Below are positions 10,228 to 17,009 of a DNA stretch of 29,677 nucleotides, one piece after another. Both the position numbers and the translations under genes were made by a program. Source of the DNA: Pseudomonadota bacterium (GTDB lineage Bacteria > Bdellovibrionota > Bdellovibrionia > Bdellovibrionales > SG-bin7); the NCBI GenBank assembly GCA_034439715.1, contig JAWXAY010000085.1, positions 1 through 29,677 of the forward strand. Reading direction: 5' to 3'. Numbering within the stretch: the first letter of the stretch is position 1; the number at the start of each line of letters is the position of its first letter. The notes beneath the pieces were generated by a model. It worked only from the letters and a program-made list of their open reading frames with translations, had not been told where the DNA came from and ran no database searches.

Positions 10228-12003
10228 CTAAAGATTTTGCGATATTACCTTTGTGTGAATACTATCGGGCGGACTTTTGAGCCACGAATTCTGAGGAATA
10301 ACTAGCCCAGGGCCAACGAGGCTACCACCCAAAGTTTTTGCTCCCTCTTTTAAGATGGAGCCCAAAAAGCGGCCTTGATAAAGATAGACATGAGTATCCG
10401 TGCTCACCTGTATTGGTTTTGCGTCGGGGCGATAGTCCATAAGAATTGTTGCAAAGGCTGCACTTTTTCTATGAAATCCAGAAAACTGATAAGGACCATG
10501 AATTAAAAATACGTTGTCTTCTGTATAACTGCGATAAAATACGAGATCATGCATGAGCCAACTTTTGGCACCCACATATGAGAGCTCCACCTTGGCTCCA
10601 TCGTGAAGTCGGGCGTCACTCGCGATATGACTAAATCGCACAACACAGTGAGCCCCTATGCGCGCACCTTTTTCAACGAAACTTCCTTCGATAACAGCCG
10701 TTGGGTGAACATCAGCCCCATTCTGTATTACATTAGAAAGTAGCGCTACTCTCATAGAGTATGGAATTGACTTACGAACAAAGAGTGCCCTCAGCAATAC
10801 CGTGAGGTTCTGGCTCGCCCTCTCTTTTAACTGAATCAGAATTAAGATTTGATGCGCAAATAAAATGTCGAACTCGGTTATAACAGGCAAGAGTAGTGCA
10901 TGTGGCAAACTTCCTTTGTCGGCTGGGGCCAAAGAAGAAGGATAGGGAATATTATTAATATCAACCGGGAGATTAAGGTCCAATATTTCGTCTCCCTCGC
11001 CGTAAAAACGTTCCGCCGAACAGGGGAGATCTATCGTCGATTGTGTGTCGCCCCTTATAGAGTAGTAGTCTCGGTAGGTAACATCATCAAGTACGAGTTT
11101 AAACTTCAACGTGGCGGCAGAACCTCGATATTTTTTAATGGCATCAACGATGAGTTGTAGTCCCTTTTTATCAAACAAAAAATCACCGTCAAGTTTAACC
11201 GTCCACTCACTAACGATGTGGCCAAGGGCTGCTATTTCATTATTCAAGTAATCATTAAAAGGTCGGCCTAAAATAGTTCGGTTTTGAAAGTTTAATGATA
11301 ACTCGCGTTTAAAATGCATTTTATAGCGCGCTTTAATTTGCGACCAGGGCAATGTCGGGTTGTCGTGGTGCTCCCAGTGAAGTCCATTATTAAAAAACAA
11401 TTTATTGTACCATTTTTTATGATAAGTCGTCGTTGGCTCGTTTCTTTTTGGGGAGTGCTGTACAAAATTTTGAAACGTACTGAATACCCAACCAACATAA
11501 ATATGAGAAAGATAAAAAAACATGGCCAGGGGATTCACATTGTAAAGACCTATCAGCAACGCTAAAAGTGACCACTTTTGAAGTGAAATTCGTTTTTGGA
11601 TGACCCGCGAAACTGTTCCGGCCATAATTCCTCGTTTTATGCCCAGGCGGGCGAGATTAAGAAAGTAGGGCCACCCTAAACTATAATAAAAGGCTTTTTG
11701 GGAAAGCGTAGAGGAGTAGTCTTGAGGTGAGTTATTGTATTCGTGGTGATTAAAGTGGTGGAGACGATAACCGTCAAAAGGTAATCCAGCAATCCAAGAC
11801 AGAGCGATCGAAGGCAGAGAAAAAACTCGCGATGTCTTATACTGATGAACACATTCATGAAGTGTCACATGAATTGAATAATTTAAAAAAAATGCGGAGA
11901 TTAAAAGCGCGGCGCAACCTAAAACGGGATAAGCGTAAAACACTTGAATCCCCGCGCTCAGGGTTAATATCTGAAGCACCGGGAATATAAACAGCCAAAT
12001 CAA
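10228..12003 (-). CDS. Fusion protein: membrane fatty-acid desaturase-type di-iron domain plus GlmU-like left-handed beta-helix (acyltransferase-like) module
   Basis: His boxes HECVH (49-53), HHFNHH (82-87), NFVQH (179-183) and HWEHH (209-213) with TM helices; hexapeptide repeats from about aa 425 (NVIQNGADVHPTAVIEGSFVEKGARIGAHCVV). TTG start overlaps the upstream TGA (TTGA, 12000-12003). Confidence 0.8.
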   Translation of the reverse strand: MIWLFIFPVLQILTLSAGIQVFYAYPVLGCAALLISAFFLNYSIHVTLHECVHQYKTSRVFSLPSIALSWIAGLPFDGYRLHHFNHHEYNNSPQDYSSTLSQKAFYYSLGWPYFLNLARLGIKRGIMAGTVSRVIQKRISLQKWSLLALLIGLYNVNPLAMFFYLSHIYVGWVFSTFQNFVQHSPKRNEPTTTYHKKWYNKLFFNNGLHWEHHDNPTLPWSQIKARYKMHFKRELSLNFQNRTILGRPFNDYLNNEIAALGHIVSEWTVKLDGDFLFDKKGLQLIVDAIKKYRGSAATLKFKLVLDDVTYRDYYSIRGDTQSTIDLPCSAERFYGEGDEILDLNLPVDINNIPYPSSLAPADKGSLPHALLLPVITEFDILFAHQILILIQLKERASQNLTVLLRALFVRKSIPYSMRVALLSNVIQNGADVHPTAVIEGSFVEKGARIGAHCVVRFSHIASDARLHDGAKVELSYVGAKSWLMHDLVFYRSYTEDNVFLIHGPYQFSGFHRKSAAFATILMDYRPDAKPIQVSTDTHVYLYQGRFLGSILKEGAKTLGGSLVGPGLVIPQNSWLKSPPDSIHTKVISQNL

Positions 12004-13112
12004 GCAAGAGCCTTTAGAGCTTGGCTAATATCTGCTACCAGATCTTCTTCGTCCTCGAGGCCAAAACAAAGGCGCACAAGAGTTTTTTTAATTCCCACTT
12101 TTGATTTCTCGTGTTCCGTCATAGACGCATGACTTCCACTGTAAGGCTGGGCGACCGATGATACTACGGAAGCCATTGACGTTCCGCGGTCGAAGAGTTT
12201 TAAGGAATTCATAAACGTAAGTACTTGCGGTTCATATTTATCATGTAACTCTATAAAGAGAATGCAGCCATAACCCGTCAACTGGTGACCATCAATTTCG
12301 GGAATATAGACTTTTGCAACGGCCGGCTGTTCGGATAAAAAGGAACTCATAATTTTAATTTTTCGCTCATGCTCCTTCATGCGCAGCGGAAAGGTCTGTA
12401 GACTGCGGCGAATGAGCCACGCGGCATGGGGATCTAGATTTGCACCAGTATAAAAGCGCCAAGCAGCCAGTTGGTCACCCAGCTCTTTGCTATTGGTTGT
12501 CACTACTCCTCCCATGACGTCAGAATGGCCGGCATAATACTTCGAAGCACTAACCACGCAAATGTCGGCGCCATGGTTCAAAGGTTTTTGAAAAAATGGA
12601 GTAGCCCAGGTATTATCTACGACAATCAGAGCTTGCTTTGACTTAGACTTTGCTTTTTCAGAAATATTCTTAATGTTTATGGTTTTAAGTAATGGATTTG
12701 TTGGGGTTTCAAAAAATAGCATTCGTGTTTTTGGTGTCACTTTATCTAGCCAGCCTTTTTCATTTTCGAAATCGACCTTATCAAGTGTCATATTATAGTG
12801 GGCACAGAAATCCGTAATGTAGCGATAGGTGCAACCATAGATGAGTTCGTTTATTAAAACGTGATCACCCGGCTTTAAAATTTTAAGCACAAGGTTGATG
12901 GCGGCCATGCCAGTGTTCACAGCTATAGCATGGGAACAATTTTCGATTTGTTTTATGACTTCTTCAACTTCGTTACAATTTGGATTCGACTTTCTTGAAT
13001 AAAAGTGAGGCGAGGTCGACAAAAAAGCCGAGTTTTGAAAAATAGGAGTAACGGTAGGAGCTGCTCCTTCAAATGACAGCTTCGTGTGTAGAATCTTTGT
13101 CGATTCTTTCAT
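12000..13112 (-). CDS. PLP-dependent Cys/Met metabolism (trans-sulfuration) enzyme, methionine gamma-lyase-like
   Basis: YSRKSNP, TGMAA, IYGCT, FETPTNP, VVDNTWATP, PLP-lysine motif SASKYYAGHSD (K191), LVRLCFGLED; AAGGAG Shine-Dalgarno 8 nt upstream. Confidence 0.9.
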   Translation of the reverse strand: MKESTKILHTKLSFEGAAPTVTPIFQNSAFLSTSPHFYSRKSNPNCNEVEEVIKQIENCSHAIAVNTGMAAINLVLKILKPGDHVLINELIYGCTYRYITDFCAHYNMTLDKVDFENEKGWLDKVTPKTRMLFFETPTNPLLKTINIKNISEKAKSKSKQALIVVDNTWATPFFQKPLNHGADICVVSASKYYAGHSDVMGGVVTTNSKELGDQLAAWRFYTGANLDPHAAWLIRRSLQTFPLRMKEHERKIKIMSSFLSEQPAVAKVYIPEIDGHQLTGYGCILFIELHDKYEPQVLTFMNSLKLFDRGTSMASVVSSVAQPYSGSHASMTEHEKSKVGIKKTLVRLCFGLEDEEDLVADISQALKALA

Positions 13113-14493
13113 CTTTCGATCTCCTTACGGGGTAATGCGCGCGATCCAAGAGTTCATTGTATTTGAAATCCACTTTGTCCGAACGGCTGACTGAAAACCC
13201 AGTTGAAGCTGCATCTGTGCGAGAAAATAAAAATCTCCATGACTCTTTGGGTTTTAAAGATAGGGATTTGAAGCCCGGCACCCCAATTTCTTCGATCTCC
13301 ACTATTTCTTCAGCGGGTGATCGATTAAATAATTCTATGTGGGCCGAATTAATATCGTCATGCCAAAAGTGGGAGGTTTTTTTATAGTTAGTCGAAGAAT
13401 GGACAGGAACTGCTATTGATTGATTTGTTTCGCCGGCAAGAACTTTAATTGGGCTTAGCGTCCCGCACGTCCTACAGGTGCCGTCGTTTCGCAAATTTAC
13501 CCAACGTGATTGCATTCCAAATCTTTCAACCAAGATTGATGAACAACTCTGGCACCTAGAATTGAGCCATTCGCCTTGCTCAAAAATGTTTCCGAGATAA
13601 CAATTTTTAATGCCAAGAGAAAGCACCAAGTCTCGAGCTTTTTTTAAAAAATCAATCGAGGTTCTTTCTACATTTCGATACTTGTAGTCTGGATGAAAGC
13701 GCACGAGGTGCAGTGGTACGCTTTCATCGAGATTCGTTAGAACCCAGTCCGCAAGTCTTTTGACATCTTCAAAGTTGTCATTGAGCTCAGTGACGACGAG
13801 ATTGCTTATCTCTAGATGGCGATCGCCAAAGCGATAGACCTGTTTAATGCCATCGAGAACAGGCTGCAACCGCCCTTTGGCTACTTTAAGATAAAACTCA
13901 GGACTCATGGACTTCAAAGACAAACTAAAAATATCGATGACTTCATGTAATTCATCGATAGCTTCGGGACCAATATAAAATGCGGATTTGTAGAGGTTCA
14001 ACAAGCCGTTTTCTTTTGCCAGCTTTGCTGTATCATAAACAAACTCATGCCACACAACGGGATCATTATAGGTCCATGATAAAATTTTAATATTTTTGTC
14101 CAACGCCGTTTGTACAATTTCTTGGGGCGTATATGTTTTAAAGTCCTCGGCGCGAACATGTTTTGTTTGAGATGTTTGCCAATTATGACAATAGTCACAG
14201 TTAAGCATGCAGCCCACATTTCCAAGAGATAGAATGGGTGCACCCGGGGCAAAGTGGAGCACGGCCTCGGTTTCAATTACTTCCTGAGTAATGGGTACAG
14301 ATACGCCGTAGTTTAATGTGACTAGTTTGCCACTATTGTTAAAACGAACCCCACAAAATCCATGCGATTGATCAGAAATTTTACAATGCCTTGGACATAG
14401 GTAACACTCTACTTTGCTCTCTGAAAAAGTCCGAAAAAACTTAGCTGAATGTTCGCTAATTCCCAGTTGCCTTTTCCTTTCATTTAGATTCAT
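13069..14493 (-). CDS. AmmeMemoRadiSam (AmrS)-like radical SAM enzyme with C-terminal extension
   Basis: N-terminal C30xxC33xxxC37...C47GVR; radical SAM motif C95xxxC99xxC102 followed by HNWQTSQ; TYNDP; PLHLVRFHPDYK; YLGN; C314xxC317...C340xxC343; about 125 extra C-terminal aa; AGGGAG Shine-Dalgarno. Confidence 0.88.
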   Translation of the reverse strand: MNLNERKRQLGISEHSAKFFRTFSESKVECYLCPRHCKISDQSHGFCGVRFNNSGKLVTLNYGVSVPITQEVIETEAVLHFAPGAPILSLGNVGCMLNCDYCHNWQTSQTKHVRAEDFKTYTPQEIVQTALDKNIKILSWTYNDPVVWHEFVYDTAKLAKENGLLNLYKSAFYIGPEAIDELHEVIDIFSLSLKSMSPEFYLKVAKGRLQPVLDGIKQVYRFGDRHLEISNLVVTELNDNFEDVKRLADWVLTNLDESVPLHLVRFHPDYKYRNVERTSIDFLKKARDLVLSLGIKNCYLGNIFEQGEWLNSRCQSCSSILVERFGMQSRWVNLRNDGTCRTCGTLSPIKVLAGETNQSIAVPVHSSTNYKKTSHFWHDDINSAHIELFNRSPAEEIVEIEEIGVPGFKSLSLKPKESWRFLFSRTDAASTGFSVSRSDKVDFKYNELLDRAHYPVRRSKDERIDKDSTHEAVI

Positions 14494-14570
14494 GAGGTCT
14501 CCCTATTCGCTATTGCAGCAAACTTCCTTTAAGGTGGCAATAAGTTTAAAGGGATGCCACAATTCTCAAG

Positions 14571-15356
14571 ATGCACTCCTACGATTTAATTTTGATGTCG
14601 GGCAACCAGATTTGGCATCAGTTTTTTTTAATATTAGCGTTGTTGGTTGGTGCTATTTTTCTGTGGTGGGATTCTCGTTATTGGCCAATGGCATTAAGTC
14701 AAAAATTAGCGCTGATGTTGGTATCTTCGGTGGCCATCTTCTTGGGCAGCGCTCTTCCAGGTTTTTTTGCAGAAGGCTATGTCGACTCTCAAATTCAGGA
14801 TTTTTTTTGGGATCCCGCTTACCGTTTTCAGCCGGCAATTTACGCATTTCTATTGGGTCCAAAATCTGTGCTTGGCGGCTTTATCTTAGCTTTCCTTGCA
14901 GTGGCTGGATATAAGAATTTGTTTAATGTTAGATACGATACCAGCGACAGTTTTGCTCGTGGCACAATTGCAATAATGGCGATCGGTCGCTTGGGTTGTA
15001 TTGCCCAACATTGTTGTTTTGGAAGACCTACGCACTCACATTGGGGAGTTGATCTTGGCGATGGCGTTTTGCGCTATCCGGTCCAGGTTATTGAGTCCGT
15101 CTTTCTTTTTTCTTTGTTAATTTTAATTTTCAGGTTCCATTCTAAAAACCTTTTTAGCGGACTGCGGTTTTTTATCCTGTTTGCGGCCTATGGTTTTTTT
15201 CGTTTTATCATTGAATTCTGGCGAGAGTCGGTTTCTTTGAATATTATCGGCTTGGGATTCTATCAATGGTTAGCTCTATTGATGGGTGGCCTCGGGATTT
15301 ATCAATTACGAAAACGGCAGAATAAAATTAGGGCAAAGGATACTGCCACATATTAA
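14571..15356 (+). CDS. Prolipoprotein diacylglyceryl transferase (Lgt) family paralog, non-canonical
   Basis: Multi-TM protein with IGRLGCIAQHCCFGRPT..WGV, RYPVQVIE and YGFFRFIIEFWR motifs of the Lgt family. Confidence 0.8.
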   Translation: MHSYDLILMSGNQIWHQFFLILALLVGAIFLWWDSRYWPMALSQKLALMLVSSVAIFLGSALPGFFAEGYVDSQIQDFFWDPAYRFQPAIYAFLLGPKSVLGGFILAFLAVAGYKNLFNVRYDTSDSFARGTIAIMAIGRLGCIAQHCCFGRPTHSHWGVDLGDGVLRYPVQVIESVFLFSLLILIFRFHSKNLFSGLRFFILFAAYGFFRFIIEFWRESVSLNIIGLGFYQWLALLMGGLGIYQLRKRQNKIRAKDTATY

Positions 15357-15942
15357 CAATCCCCAAGTCACTATGAGAAAAACCTATGGCGCTAGCGCCC
15401 CCTTCAGCCCCTGCAAAGGCGGTTGCATAAAAGGAATCGCGGTCAACAAGGCCAACACTCCTACGATTTTCCCAATCATCCTTGGGAACAGGGTTCTCAG
15501 AAAATGAGATAATCACTGCTCCGCCAACTTTAATCGGGGAATTGGCGGCATAATTAATGTCAGAAGCTGTTTCGATTTCACTCCCCAAAGTGTCCTTCTC
15601 TAGGCATGGGGTATCATAGGCGCCATAAACCGCGCAAGACGTCGCAAAATCGGTTCCACAATTATTAAAAATCCATGATGTGCCAAAGCCAACGCTGAAA
15701 TGCCTTTTAGTGCCCAAATCATATTCAAAGCCAGCCTGCCTTATACACGCTGTATAGGTGCTGTATTCTTGAAAATAAATTTTTTCGGCCTTATAAATGG
15801 CGCCCAGTGCTACGGTCGCCTCTGCTCTTAAAGCGTTAAGTACCATACATTGGTAATTGGAAGCTGCAACACTCGTAAGAATAGATACAATAGCGAGAGT
15901 CGTCAAAAGCTCCACGATACTGAATCCTGAGTCTCGCTTCAT
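15328..15942 (-). CDS. Type IV pilin-like protein (prepilin N-terminal cleavage/methylation motif)
   Basis: From ATG 15942: MKRDSG|FSIVELLTTLAIVSILTSVAASNY (Gly -1, Phe +1, Glu +5), then EATVALGAIYKAEKIYFQEY helix; five Cys. Confidence 0.85.
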   Translation of the reverse strand: MKRDSGFSIVELLTTLAIVSILTSVAASNYQCMVLNALRAEATVALGAIYKAEKIYFQEYSTYTACIRQAGFEYDLGTKRHFSVGFGTSWIFNNCGTDFATSCAVYGAYDTPCLEKDTLGSEIETASDINYAANSPIKVGGAVIISFSENPVPKDDWENRRSVGLVDRDSFYATAFAGAEGGASAIGFSHSDLGIVNMWQYPLP

Positions 15943-16018
15943 TGAATAATTATGCCTTCTGCTGTTGGCGCCAGCAAGCACCATTGTAATAGATAGAATT
16001 CTGCGTCACTATCTAACT

Positions 16019-17005
16019 ATGGTGTCTGGACTAAAGTTTTTTATATTTTTAACTTTACTGCTTTGTTCCGCCTGCACTGACAATGGTAAAACCGCAAAGC
16101 CAAATGCTCCCACGGCCATGGTATTTTCGGGACCGCCGATTTCTTTAGTTAAAAAATGTGTTGCTGTAATTGTTAAAACTAAGAGTGGTCAAAAAATCGA
16201 GGTGCCAACGACAGAAGAAGTCACAGTCAGAGTTAAGCACAAGGCCTCAAACAAACACCCCAAGACTTTTACCGACATAAAATGTGCCACCGAAAACATA
16301 TCAGAAAAAATGTCCATCCGAGCAGGCGGCAACTCTATTGCGTTTTCTGTTTTTTTAGATATGACCGGCGACTTTGTATTTGAGGCGTCTACACCAAAAC
16401 TCGGAAAGTTGCCACTGGAGGGTAACTTGAGTATCCGTGTTAGACCCGATGAGCTTTTTCAATTTCAAATAATACCTAGCGCACGTTATCCCAGACCAGG
16501 CGATATGATTACCCTTGAAATTTCTGCGCGCGATAAATATGGTTCCCTCATCGAAGATTTTAACAACGCGGTGAATGTGGGTCTCGAACAAACTGTCGAA
16601 AAATACCAGATAAAGCTTCCTCCACAAATTACACTGGTGAACGGAAAAGCTCAAATCAAAAATATCCAAATGGACGGGCCTGCAGGCGATTACACATTTA
16701 CTATAAAGTATAAAAAAATATCATCTGAAAGTTTAAAAGTAACAGTCCAGGACTCTGAAAAAAATATTGTCACTCTAAATCCCAAGTCTGTTGAAGAAGA
16801 AAATCAAAAGCTAGATCTCAATAAGATTTCTATTACGATTGATGGCGCATCAAGCACGGCCTTTCAGGTAGACGAAGATGAATATATGATTAACTCTTGG
16901 CCGATAATAATTAAAAAAGATCAAAAAGAAGTACGAATAGATAATATTCTTTACGTTATAAAACGAAAGTCCGAAAACGAGTGGGCGTTTGAAATAAAAA
17001 AATAA
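16019..17005 (+). CDS. Putative lipoprotein with Ig-like beta-sandwich domain(s)
   Basis: From ATG 16019: MVSGLKFFIFLTLLLCSA-C, a lipobox-like signal; beta-rich; ITLEISARDKYGS resembles bacterial Ig-like repeats. Confidence 0.6.
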   Translation: MVSGLKFFIFLTLLLCSACTDNGKTAKPNAPTAMVFSGPPISLVKKCVAVIVKTKSGQKIEVPTTEEVTVRVKHKASNKHPKTFTDIKCATENISEKMSIRAGGNSIAFSVFLDMTGDFVFEASTPKLGKLPLEGNLSIRVRPDELFQFQIIPSARYPRPGDMITLEISARDKYGSLIEDFNNAVNVGLEQTVEKYQIKLPPQITLVNGKAQIKNIQMDGPAGDYTFTIKYKKISSESLKVTVQDSEKNIVTLNPKSVEEENQKLDLNKISITIDGASSTAFQVDEDEYMINSWPIIIKKDQKEVRIDNILYVIKRKSENEWAFEIKK

Positions 17006-17009
17006 AGTC

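Noticed and set aside
10228..14493. Assignment of the operon to the known terminal-alkyne (bes/jam) pathways or to a RiPP cluster
   Set aside because: No halogenase, acyl carrier protein, fatty acyl-AMP ligase, precursor peptide or SPASM/RRE domain is visible; only a family-level analogy holds.
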